A DNA stretch of 63,388 nt, filler included, from Intoshia linei (taxonomy: Eukaryota; Animalia; Orthonectida): the NCBI GenBank assembly GCA_001642005.1. It is 5 parts of 5 records of this genome, joined end to end, with 100 filler letters (N's around TTAATTAATTAA, not from the genome) between each part and the next. Parts side by side here need not be neighbours in the genome. Positions count along the whole stretch, not along the records: positions 1 to 23,796 come from LWCA01000547.1; 4 more parts are not named here. One strand, 5' to 3'. The notes under the pieces were generated by a model that worked only from the letters and a program-made list of their open reading frames with translations, was not told the origin of the DNA and did not search any database. The position numbers and the translations under genes are program-made. The stretch's first letter is position 1. Each line of letters begins with the position of its first letter. Below, piece after piece: positions 1 to 15,617 of the stretch.

Positions 1-461
1 ACAGTATGAATTCTAGATTATTTGAAGTAATTTATGGAAAAGGATGTATAACTAAATATTAAATAAAAATTAGCAATTTCTTATATTCCTAACTATATTT
101 TTTACTTTAAGTCGTTATGTTATAAAGCATTTTTGTCCCCATTTTTTGTATACTATTAATTTAAATCTCATTTATTATAAAAAGTTCTTCATTTTATATA
201 TTTTTTTTGCTTCTACCATATTTTAAATCAAATTTAGATATTACTAAAAGAAATTAGCGAATTATAAGTATTATTTGTTTTGTTTCGACAAAATATATGA
301 GGTGCTTTATAATGTTGTCCGGCAATGTATAACTTTAACTTGGCGAAAATTGGACTTTTGAATTGCTATGAAAATTGTTATACATTTCTAAAAAACGTGA
401 TTGCTTGTAATAAGCAAGATTTTGACTTAGCGCGATAGCACTGTAGTTATATCCTGATAAC

Positions 462-852
462 TAGGCTGACCATATTTTTGTCGTACTAAAAGTAGTACTT
501 TTATTGCTTAGAAACATAATGTTTTTGATTAATTTTTGATTAGAAAAATGAACATTTAACCCTTTCACTGTCTGATACTATTTTATGATGCATCACCACA
601 CGTCTGGAATTTATATTTTAATTTAAACTTGTATTATTTTTAAATTACCTATCTGAAAATGTATGAAAATAAAAGTATAGTTTTTCAAAATTATGATGTG
701 TAATACACAGACAATGAAAGGGTTAACCCTTTCATTAAGTTTCGTTAAGTTACATTTAAATTTATAAGTTTATTTACTACGACAAAGTACGAATTTTGGA
801 ACAGTGCCAAAACTCGTACTTTATCTAAAAAGTCGTACTTCTGGTCGCACTA
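462..852. mobile_element. hAT (Blackjack-like) MITE inserted in a Helitron fragment
   Basis: Imperfect termini TAGGCTGACCA ... TGGTCGCACTA; flanked by TGATAAC/TGTTAAC (7-nt near-duplication); flanks rejoin to the Helitron motif ATATCCTGTTAACACAC seen elsewhere in the window. Confidence 0.55.
560..722. mobile_element. piggyBac-like MITE (163 bp)
   Basis: TTAA|CCCTTTCACTGTCTG ... CAGACAATGAAAGGG|TTAA: 15-bp TIR with 1 mismatch, TTAA TSD, CCC/GGG ends. Confidence 0.8.
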
Positions 853-1586
853 TGTTAACACACAAAAAATTTCAATCTGACAAAGTGACGCCTTCACGGT
901 CAAAAAAGTAAATTAATATTATTTTTTTTTATTTCGAAACTATTTTATTTTAAAAATGTTGGTTGATAATCAATTTATTTTTCACCGGGAATGCGTAGAG
1001 TTCTGGGGTTTTTAATTTTGTTTAGAGACTATTTTATTGCAGAGAAAATACTGTCAAATGTATCTTGAATTGAACACTTTTATTAATTTTTTAAGTTTTT
1101 TAAATTATCTTTTCATTCTGTGAAATTTTACAAGATTTATTTATTTACGTTTTTTCAATAAATCATCAAAAGTTTCAAATTTTAATGCAAGATTTAGCCT
1201 AAATCTTAAAATTAAATTAAAATTAGTTAAGATGTAAAACTTTAAATCCATTTTTATGGACCCAATTTACGAAACTTGAACACACGAAAAGTAGAAGTCA
1301 AATAACAAAAAAATAACGTATCAAAAATTACATGTATTAATATTACATTTTCACGTGCGTATTTAGAAACGGTAAATACAAAACATAACATTAAATCTTA
1401 ATGACAGAAATCAAAAATATCATTCTGACTGAAATTATTATTCATTTTTTGATATTAAAATGCAAATGTTATGTTATAGAAACAATTAAACAATTATAAA
1501 TAATGACTGATTAGATTAATAAAATATCTAGTTACACCAAAGTTGAAAAATACCAAATCTTTAATAAAACTATCATAAAAAACGCA

Positions 1587-4996
<3,410 letters not shown>

Positions 4997-5155
4997 TGTG
5001 ATTGTTCAACACGTCAAATAATACATATAATTTACAAATTATTTAATATATAATATGCTATTATTGTATAAATTGTATAAGAAATTAAAATTAAATCGTA
5101 TTATACTATAAATGTTTTTTTTGGATTCTACTAAAGTAGCCAGAAAAAATACGTA

Positions 5156-5227
5156 CAGTAATACCTCACTATAACGAACCAATTCGTTCCTAAATCCTAA
5201 ATTTGTTCGTTAAGCGAGGTATTACTG
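5156..5227. mobile_element. pogo/Tigger-like mini-MITE
   Basis: TA|CAGTAATACCTC..AACGAAC ... GTTCGTT..GAGGTATTACTG|TA once the nested hAT is removed. Confidence 0.75.
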
Positions 5228-5228
5228 T

Positions 5229-5825
5229 CAGAGCCGTCTTAAGCCACTTCGGGGCCCTGAGCTAAGAAAAGGGCCGGGCCCTTTAAATTTCGGGCGAAGC
5301 GATAAAAAAAATTTAGGTTTAGAAGACAGGGCATACTGTTGGTTGGAGACTTAGAGTTTTATTTCATTGAGTATTAATAAAAGCATTAAAAGATATTATG
5401 TAGGTTTCTAGTAACTTTTATTTCTTTTACAAAAACCTACTTACATTAATTAATGAACAAAGTTTACTTTTTCATTTGAAAATATGCACCGTGCAGTCAC
5501 AAAAAATTCTTCACAAATGTTGTTTTCTCACTTTTTTCTGAGAGAAATCAAACATGATATTATCAAAACTGATATCATTCTCAATTGACATTAAGGAGAG
5601 CGCATTCAAACGAGGATGAGCTAAGCAATTTCGAAGTTCATTCTTAATTATTTTGAGTTTAGAAAAAGTTCAAACTTCAAAACTTATAAACTGATTCTTA
5701 AGATATAAAGGTGAAGTATTTTTTAATAAATTGGGGGCTCTTTTTAAGATATAAATGTAAAATACTTTTATTAATTTGGGGGCCTGGGCTATAGCCTATA
5801 TTGCCCATGCCTTAAAACGGCTCTA
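5229..5825 (-). mobile_element. Internally deleted hAT transposon with a transposase dimerisation-domain remnant
   Basis: Perfect 8-bp TSD ATTACTGT; TIR CAGAGCCGTCTTAAG; minus strand about 5670-5525 reads TFSKLKIIKNELRNCLAHPRLNALSLMSIENDISFDNIMFDFSQKK. Confidence 0.9.
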
Positions 5826-8441
5826 ATTACTGTACTACCAATTTTAGTTTATTTGGTGTTCAATGTAAAGCCAAAACTACTTATCTATGATGACGAATAA
5901 AAATTTTCGGCTTAAAATTTATTGCAAATAAACTAAAAATGATAGTACGTATTTTTCTGGCCACTTTAATTCTACTGTGCACGCCTTATTAATATTTTCT
6001 ACAACGCCTTACATTATTTTTATTTATTAAATATAATTTATATACATTATTATAATAATAATTAATATAATTATACTATTTTTATTTCTTTTTAAATTTA
6101 TAGGGTTTGCCATTTTGATTCATTACTTATATAAAAATAAATGTGTCGTTCCGTTAAATTAAAAATTAAGAGTAATAGAATTCTAGAACCCTTTAATCAC
6201 GGCAATCCTGGAACAATATTTAAAAAAATTACCATTATCGTGATTCTTAACCTGAAAAACTTGCATTTTCATGATCAAGATTAGCTTTTTGGAAAAAATG
6301 ACAGCGAATATTTGTTTCTAGTTAACACACAAAAAAATCAAATTGACGCCTTTGTGGTCAAATAAGCACTTTAGTATTCTTCTTTTATTACTTGGTGTTA
6401 AATGTAAAGCCAAAACTACTTATCTATGATAATGACAAAAAAAAATCGGCTTAAAATGTATTAATTTACTTAAAATAAACTAAAAGTGATAGTACCTATT
6501 TTTTTGGTCACTTTAATTAAAAAAAATATTCAATAACTACAAAGTCCTTGAATTAAAAACAAAATTATTATGATTATATTGTATTATATTGACAAAATTA
6601 TATATATAGAAAAAAACTCTAGAAGTTACGTATTTACGGTGAAAAATACCCTTTATATTATTTTTTGAGATAATAAACTCATTGACTATTTAATTAAAAA
6701 AATCGGGTCTTAAAAAAAATTTAAAAGTTCTCCCCTGGGCGATCTAGGCGTTGTTTGTACGAATTACTTAACAGCCACGCTAGCTTAGAATGAAATGAAA
6801 TACAACTTCATGTCTATTATGAAAATAAGATTTGATTTTCGATAACGTTTCTATTGTAGACTACAATAGAAAGCTATCAGTAACTTATCATTATTGTATT
6901 TTAAAATTCAATTTAAATTTATATTTATATTTATTCAGTTTTAATTTGACAAACATTTTTTTATGAATTTGATTAAATAATTTTGTTTTAATTGTACTCA
7001 AACTTTCAAAATAAGAAATATATAATTGTACAAACAAGTAAATAATGTACAGTAGTCTTTGACATAAACCATTGTACATATAAAATATTAGGTTTACTCT
7101 ACATTTTTTTTTTATGCCTCTACGATCGTCACTATCAATTTTCTTAAATATGGTACCATGATACGTCAATATAAAAGTTTTTTTGTTTTTGTAATGATAA
7201 CCAATTCTTACAAAATAGTTACAATTAGTATTAATTTAGTTTAAATTAGTAGCTGTTTGATTTTATTATAATAAAATCGATGGGATTTGATCCAAATGAA
7301 ATATATTTACACCATTTTTCAAAAAACGACTCTTAATTTCTATATATGCTATTTTAATTTCAAAAGAAAGTTAATATTTATTCCATTTTAACTTGTAATT
7401 ATAATACAATGTAAAATATTTGAATCAATAATTCGTGTCCATATATTTTGACCTTGAACTACTGTAGACAGTTTGAAACTCGTTATAAATGAAACGTAAA
7501 AGTAGAACCATGAAAAACGGGATAAACTAATGTAACACTTATTTATTCGTAACAAGAATAATTCAGAAAATAGAGTACACAATAAATGAGGACGCTAAAA
7601 ATGTTAATAAATAACACAAGTTTACTACTTGATTAGCAACCAATTAATTGATCTAAGCGACAAATATTAACAGTGTATTTTTAAATAGCTAAAACTGGGT
7701 TTTGAAGCCTAAAAGTTTGTGAAAAAATGAAAATTGTGATTAAATAGTTTAATGAACACTGACAATCCAAACACAGAGTTTAAGTGGTGGATGAAAAGGA
7801 AAAAAAGACACAAAAATAGAAACCTACACAATCAATTTCAAGATAATAGCAAGTAACATTCAGTTTGATATATATTAAAGGTTTTCAAACTATACAAAGG
7901 AGCCTCTCTTAAAAAAAAATTTAATACGCAATTATGCGACGTATTTTAGATATACAATGTATGATGAACCAAAGTAAATTACTCAATTTAGAAATTTTGT
8001 TTAAAAATAAAATTACCAAATGAACATGACTAATTCTGAGTAGAAATAGAAAACCATTAAATTTCATTAACTAGAATTTACCTTATTGGAATTTAAATTT
8101 ATAGTAACTTTTAGGTTTAAATTTTATAATTTTTAACTTCAATAAAGTTTATAATAAACAATCTTTCAAATTCAATTATATCTATGGCTATTTATAATTT
8201 AATAAATGCAATGAAATTAAATTAAATCAAGTGAAATGATTGATCAGGTATAAATTATAATTAATTTCATAATTTTGGTAATATTTGATTATTATTTTTG
8301 CAATGTATTTTTCATAACACTATTATCATAATTATGATAATGTCTAGGTATCATGATTCATGAACGATTGTTAGTTTCTAAACCTATAATGTACATAATT
8401 ATATAGATTCATGCTAAATTATAATTTATCAATTTTTGCAG

Positions 8442-11400
8442 TTATCGTTACCAAAATTACGAAGGGAATGAATATAGTGTGTGGAATCCACCAACTATTC
8501 ATTTTCCCATTACATGTAATGTGGATAATGTTAATTATAGTCAAAGTATTTATATGCCATCCATGTCAAATGTAGAAATTATTAACCTATATCCACCTTT
8601 CACGCCTATTCCAAATTCTTATTTGAATCAAGTATTTATCAAACCTATGAACCAGAATTATCCAGAGTCAACACCAAATACTAACAAATATTTTTATAAT
8701 AAATCAAATTCAATCACATCTGCAATGTCTCATCGGAAATTTACAAACACTCCAAAATTTAATACATCAAAACAAAAAAAACCTAAACCAAACTGGAATA
8801 ATAATAAAAAAAAATCTCTAAATATTAATTCACCTATTAAAAGGAAAACTAAAGCAAATTTACCAAAAATGACGGCTAAATTTAAAAATTGTCAATGTCA
8901 AACTAGTAATTTTTTTTGTTATTTTGCAAATTATTATTTAATCTAGGCTTTTCTCAGGAAATTACATTTTACAGTTTATCTCAATTTCCTCATAAATTGT
9001 ACCGAAAACAAAAACTATCATGTATTGATTGGACGCCTCATTCAACTTCTATATGGTAGTTATTCATTAATAAAAAACATTTAATATTTAACTGAAATTG
9101 AAAAATGGAACCATCACCAAAATTGGTTAAGTTATTTGTTTGTGAAAGTGATTTTTGACTAAAATTTTTTTTCAAAAATACGTACAGTAAACTCTTCCTA
9201 TATGAACAGCCTGTTCAGTTGTGAATATTTACATAGTGCGTCCATAGTTAAGTACATTTTCTGTAACCGACAGTTGACACTGTCTGTAAGACTTACAGTA
9301 AATGACAAATCATGGTAATTCATTCGAAATGTCTTAGAAACAAAAAGAACAATAAAATTTGAATTGAAAGTTCTAACAATTTGAAATTTAAAAAGAATTA
9401 ACAATTTAAAATATGAAATGTAAATGTTAATTTTATTGGTATTTATCATTGCAAATTATTTTTTTACATAATTATCTATGATTTTTAAAATTTTTGTAAA
9501 AATTAATAAACTCTTTTTACAATTATAATTTCTTTGGGCATAATTAAAAAATAATTAATTTTTATTAATTAATAAGTTTGAAGTGATCCAAATTAAACGA
9601 TATAAAGTCTGTTTATATAAAATATAAATTTATTAAAACTTCACTTTATTAAGAAAGTTAAAAATTACAAGTAAAATATTGACTAAAATTATCTATGGTA
9701 TTTATGAGTACTTATGAACACACTATATAAACAGATTTTACTGTATTTAAGGTTACACGATTTCAATTTAAACAATATTAAAAAAATAAATTTAAATCCA
9801 ATAATTAAGAAAATATTTTGCTAAAAATATAAATTTTTGTTGGTAGTGTTGAACCTACCGTACCGAGACAGAATCTTGATGAAATTGGCCTCTCATTTTT
9901 CAAAATTGTGGAAAATGAAATAGCCCTAGTGTGTACTGTGTTTTATCACTTAAATCCATTTTTAGGTCATATGGAGGAAGTGGAGGTAAAGCTTGGTCAG
10001 TTACTAATGAAAACACAAAAACTGCAACAGAGCCTGAACGTGGAAATGTAACAAGTTTAGATTCATTAACATCATTTCATAATGATTTTAAAAATTATCA
10101 AAACAGCGATTATTTAAATTATTTCGATGAACAAGCAAAAGAAAACGAAACTGAATCTGTAAAATCCACTTCAAAAGATGACATGCTGATGATTAGCATG
10201 AGAAGTGCTCCAGGGTATTTGGCAAACGAATCAAAAATAAGTAATGATAATTTGCCTAAACTGGCTGATACAATTATCGAATTAGATGACCCCTTATCGA
10301 AAATAGTACAAACAGATACAGTTGACATAATAAAAGTATTAAAATCTAAAAGAATGCCGTATTATAAAAAGAAAAAGATTTTTTTAAATCCAATGGATGC
10401 AAATCCAATATATAGACACGTCGGAAAATTTTATAAGTCGCAACGCCGTATTACCAGTTTGAAACGTAAAATTTTGGAAGAAAGAGAAATTTTAAACAAA
10501 TTAAGACAAATGGAAATTGATGCCGGTTTATTGGAATCAAAAAATATGGAAATACCTCAATCATTAATTTCATCATTTCATGCAGTGATACGCAATGCTT
10601 TAAAACCTCTTTCGCAATCTGGGTCACATTCAATGGAATCTTATACAACGTTGAAAGATAATGATGGGTTAATTTCAAATAAACGCAAACTTTCTAGGTC
10701 TAGGTCGATTTGTTCTGAATTGGATTTGGCTCATTTAGACGAAAAAATGGGACATTTAAATATACGAAATCATACAAATTCGTCTGTTCGATTTAAAGTT
10801 GATTTTGTACCGAATAGTAAAATAATTGTAAACATGGAAAATACTAGAATAAAAAAGATTTCTATACCTCAACAAAAAGGTATAGTCAAAATGGACAAAA
10901 TTAAAAAAAATGACAATGAAATTGTTACGGCTGATTCAACGTTAGCGTCAAGTGGTTTGGCAGCTAGTAATATTTCTACCTCAATGATGTTTCCAATTGC
11001 TCAAGAATTGACTGAAGAATTGGACGATTGTGTATTTTCGCTTATTCGAAGATTGGTTGTAATCCAGAAAAAGGCCTTAAAAAAAAATAAATCCAAATCT
11101 TTAAACAGCAAACGCCTTATTCTGGGCATTAGAGAAGTTCGAATGAATTTAAAAAATGAAAATGTCAAATTGGTCATTATTTCCCCAGATATAGAAATTT
11201 CTTTTACCAAAGGCGGTCTATGGGAATTGGTTACACAAATTATTAAAATGTGTAAAAAACAAAATGTAAATTATATTTTTGCTCTAGATCGAAAACGCCT
11301 TTCTCGAGCTTCAAATCGTCTTTCCAGTGCAGCGCTAGTGGCTGTATTGAATTACGATGGAGCGGAGGATTTGTATCAACAGGTTATTGAAAAATTTACC

Positions 11401-11838
11401 ACTGCGAAATCTTCTGGTTGCTTTTGTATGTCAAAAGGAGCGCATACCCGTGTCTCATCTGGTGGCCTGAGTATGTTAACGTGTGCACAACACCCTACCT
11501 ATTTAAACTCTTCAACTTCGAATAATCTTACAAATTCCATATCCGATGCCAAATCTACTCATAAATTAAATAAACCTCCAGCTCATACTAGAGGAAAATC
11601 TGAAAATGTTTCCACCAATAAAAGAAATACTTGTGTTTTAGCACACAATATGCTTAATCAATTTGATATTACCAATCGAATACCATTTAAAGATCGAAAT
11701 CCAAAAATTAATACTGAATCACTTGATTCTACAAATTATAATGGTCAGAAATATATTTATCCTATCGAAGAGTGGATTGTCGACAGTAGACAAGGAATGT
11801 TACCAAATTTGACTTATAAAAAATACCATGAAATTTGA
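8442..11838 (+). CDS. SECISBP2: SECIS-binding protein 2 (SBP2/SBP2L family); exons 8442-8905, 8947-9055, 9966-11838; true 5' end uncertain
   Basis: Sec-incorporation-domain motif NPMDAN...ITSLKRKILEERE and L7Ae domain KRLILGIREV...VKLVIISPDIE...GGL...YIFALDRKRLS...VAVLNYDGAED; upstream exons join in phase. Confidence 0.9.
9185..9743. mobile_element. pogo/Tigger-like MITE in the SBP2 intron
   Basis: TA|CAGTAAACTCT..TATATG ... TATATAAACAGATTTTACTG|TA imperfect TIRs. Confidence 0.6.
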
Positions 11839-11929
11839 AATTCAATTATACTATTTTTTTATTATCAAATTAAAAATATTATTTGTTATGCAAGTTTTGC
11901 AATTTATGTAGGTACCAGGTTTTTTTTAT

Positions 11930-12367
11930 TCCGAATACTTATAAAATATTTCGAAATAAAAAATATGAATACTAAAATGCTTTTTTGACCGTGAAGTCGT
12001 CACTTATTCGGATTGAAATTTTTAAATTTTAGGGCTGTTTTCAAAAAAAAAGAAGGGAATTAGGGGTTTTGGCCATGAAGGTATAATTTTTTTAAGGTTA
12101 AATTTATGAGTATAAAATCCGCATCAGCATATATATTTTTTTATATTCTCCAACTCTAGATTTTCAAAAAGATGAACAATTGGCGTTTTTGACCCGTAAG
12201 ATGTGAGTTTGGTAGGTTGAAATTTATCTTATTATATGTCCCGGAAAAAACTGTAATTGAAATGTGGACTTTATAAAATTCTAAGACTGTTAGTTATTTT
12301 AATAAAGTGGAACATACAAACAGACACACACACAAAAATCGCGTAGCATCTTAACTTTATAGTATGA
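11930..12367 (-). mobile_element. Helitron family fragment (5' end); inner boundary approximate
   Basis: Similar to the 32259-32930 and 52257-53556 copies. Confidence 0.7.
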
Positions 12368-12961
12368 TAATATTCATCGAAACCGGTAAAGATAATAAAA
12401 AATTTAAATATTTTAACAAAATACGCTATTTAAAACATTCTGGTCCAAACTACGGACACGGGTCACATGTGATTCATTAAAATTAAAATTTATCAAAAAA
12501 AAGGTGTTAACTTTTTTTTAAGAACAAAAATACAGGGTTATACAGGATGAGAAAAAAATTCTAAGAACGGTGGTACCATTCGTTAAGCCTAAATTTTGAA
12601 AAACATCGGCCTGCTCAAAAGAAATAGTTTTCATAAATAAGATTTATAACATTGTGTGTAACCTTGCGATTATGTTTATATTATTTATTCAAAGCGTCAT
12701 TTCTATTGACAACAATGTTACCTGCCTGCGAAAAAAATTATGCTATTAATTCAGCTATATGAAAAAATAATAGTTATTTTGATTCTAATCAGATTTTAAT
12801 GTTTAATGTCTTCCTTATTCTATTTGTAAAATAAAAAAACCCTCAATAAATGTGTAAATAAAGGTTAACAGAAGTATAGGTTAGCATCATGTAGATATCT
12901 TTGAGAAGTAGCACTTGCAGATGCATTGATAAAGAATAAATTTAATTAAAACATTGACCTG

Positions 12962-13580
12962 GTGGAGATATGGAAGTTTGCATTTGCATATCCTTCACTT
13001 CGTGAGTTAGCTCGGAATACTCTCGTTCTCTTTGGCAGTACGTATTTATGTGAGTCAGCGTTTTCTTCCATGAAATATTTGAAAAATCAATACAGATCAC
13101 ACTTAAAAAACTCAAACTTAGAATCATCATTGAGATTGATTCTCTCTTTAATTCCGGTCGATTTTAAAATGTTGGCGAAAGACAAACAAAATCAAGGCAA
13201 TCACTGATATCTCAATTATTAAATATTAATATACAGTCAGACTTGTGGATAGTGAACAAGTGGTTCCGAATTTTTTTAATGTTCACTATAAAAAAATAAT
13301 GAACAATGAAAATGACAGTTAAATGAAACATTATTAATCATGAATCTAAGTTTATTTTCTATATAAGTCAAGTTAGTATAATAATATCAGTTAGATTCAC
13401 TATTTGTTCACTATCAACAAGTCTGACTATATTTATTTTTATTGTGTTTAAGTCTTCCACTCTAATTTATCAACTAATCGGTTTTTCTGGAACAATTTTG
13501 TATTGAATTTTTATGCGGCCGTAGTATCGATGAGTAAAGTAGCTTTGCGGTCGAAATGATGGAAAGGTTGTGCACCCCTA
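12962..13580 (+). mobile_element. hAT Charlie/Buster-type transposon 3' remnant
   Basis: YPSLRELARNTLVLFGSTYLCESAFSSMKYLKNQYRSHL..LESSLRL is the hAT dimerisation domain (GTF2IRD2-like); right end AGGTTGTGCACCCCT. Confidence 0.85.
13234..13429. mobile_element. pogo/Tigger-like MITE nested in the hAT remnant
   Basis: TA|CAGTCAGACTTGTGGATAGTGAACAA ... TTGTTCACTATCAACAAGTCTGACT. Confidence 0.75.
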
Positions 13581-14661
13581 GACTAGTTGGATTGACTGGT
13601 ACAACAAAAGCAAGAATAAAGAATAAAATCACAAAATGAATAAGATTTAAATAGTGTGAACAGAATATTTTTATTTGGCATAATTGAACAAAATAATTAA
13701 TCTTAATACCATTATATTTAATTTAATTAATAAAATTTGGAAATATAATTAAGGATGAAGATTTCAAATTTTACAAAATGTATATAAATCCAAATACACA
13801 AATATTTATCTGACAAATAAATTAAAAATGTATTGACTACAATTTATTCTACATGGAATGTTGCGACTATGTTGTTTGTAAAAAAAACGTATTTAAATAA
13901 AGCTGCCAAAAGTTTTTTGGTAAAAGTACGTTTTAGGCAGCACTGATAAAAACGTGCTAAAAATATAATACGCTATGTATACGATTAATTCAAATAATGT
14001 GAAATCATTTTTAATTATTTGAATAACACGAACAATTTTGGTTAGAAAAATTCATCCACCCGGATGTACAAGTTGTATCGTGTTTGTTCATAAAAGTGAC
14101 CTCTTCTATTTTTTTAAAAGGCTTTTGAAATTTGACAAAATTTCCTAAGCGTAAATTACTGCAAGAGTTGTTAGTAACAATTTAATACCTTTACCCTTAG
14201 AAAATTGATATAATGCTATAACAGGTTATAGATTCCTTGTATAAAACCAATAAATAACTTGCAATATATCAGCAAAATTTTATATTTGAGCTATAATGAT
14301 AATAAAAGATATAAATGTAGTTGGACAAAAATAATGTAGAACAAAATATTAGAAATTCCATAATAAAGAAAAAACATGTAGCAAGGTACAAAATTTGCGA
14401 GTTGTATATAGAATAAGCTATTTATTTTTTTAAAGACAGACATTGAAAAGCATTATTTAATAGCATAAAACTGTTAACAAATCTGAACAGTAACTTTAAA
14501 ATAAATAAATAACATTTGAATTTAGACTGAGTAATATTACATACATCTGAAGTATGATAAATATCACCCAATCTACAAATATAAACGTGAATATATTATG
14601 TTAATTTAAAAATTACCAAATAAAATTTTTAATATAAGACGCAATAAAACAATGAGCATTT

Positions 14662-14862
14662 AAGATCATACTTTTTGGGATCATTTCTAGATTCTATATG
14701 CAACGTTTGACAACCAAACTTGCAAAGCAGATCACCCCTGATGAGGATTTGTAGATTACCTTCTTGAGCGTGAAGTCTTGTCTAGTTCAATTTGAACATG
14801 ACTATGATGACCGTTTGATGTACACACCAGTAGATCGATGGAAAGTAATTATTCTGAGGGAT
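14662..14862 (+). ncRNA. U3: U3 snoRNA
   Basis: 5' AAGATCATACTTTTTGGGATCATTTCT (boxes A'/A), C' TGATGA 14739, box B GAGCGTGAAG 14766, box C TGATGA 14805, box D CTGA 14854, CCC/GGG terminal stem; about 200 nt. Confidence 0.92.
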
Positions 14863-15617
14863 TTTAAATAATTAAAAATAGAAATTTAGTAACTTTTTAT
14901 AAAATTCTTATAATTTTTTTCTCATAATCTAACATTTTATAAAAAAATTAGTTTAATTTTCATTTCATAATTTATTTTATAGTATCTATGTAAATCATTT
15001 TAAAATATTACCTATTTTTAGTATTTATCAAAATGGCGCAATTTCATATTTACAAATTATAGGTAACCTCTACGATTTCATTTAGGGTAGAATAAATTTC
15101 TATACAAAAATATGAGCATTATAAAGGATATCTGATAATTAAGTTCCCATTCAACAAGTATTGAACGACATTATATATCTGAACTGGTTTAAAATTATAA
15201 ATGGCTTTCATCTATGTTTCAAAAATGGATATCTAATATAAGATTGCGATTTTAGGTATATTATAAGAATATTTCAAATTTGAATATAAAAGTAAAAATT
15301 GATTTTACCAAAGTTGGTTTATTCCACTATTAGACTAATTATAGCATTATATTGTGAAATCTAAAGTCAAAACATGTAATTACTGCATTGAATAATGAAT
15401 TGGGATTAGAATTTTACATTTTTTCATTTGTTAAATTTATAGGTTCATTAGTTTTCATAAATATGGATTATTCTTAAATTTAACCACAAAATTTCGAAAA
15501 GAATTGACAGGTTAATGTTATAATTTCCATGAATTCATACATTTTACAGATTTATGATAGCATGATTTGTGTTTTTAATATTTCATTTAATTTTTAGAAA
15601 TTATTTTTATCACACGT

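Larger units (their letters stand above)
5135..5965. mobile_element. Kolobok-like MITE (outermost element of a nested stack)
   Basis: About 40-bp TIR AGT(A/G)GCCAGAAAAATACGTACTA..., interrupted on the left by insertions; AG...CT ends with CTAA/TTAA flanks; partial second copy at about 6385-6516. Confidence 0.6.
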
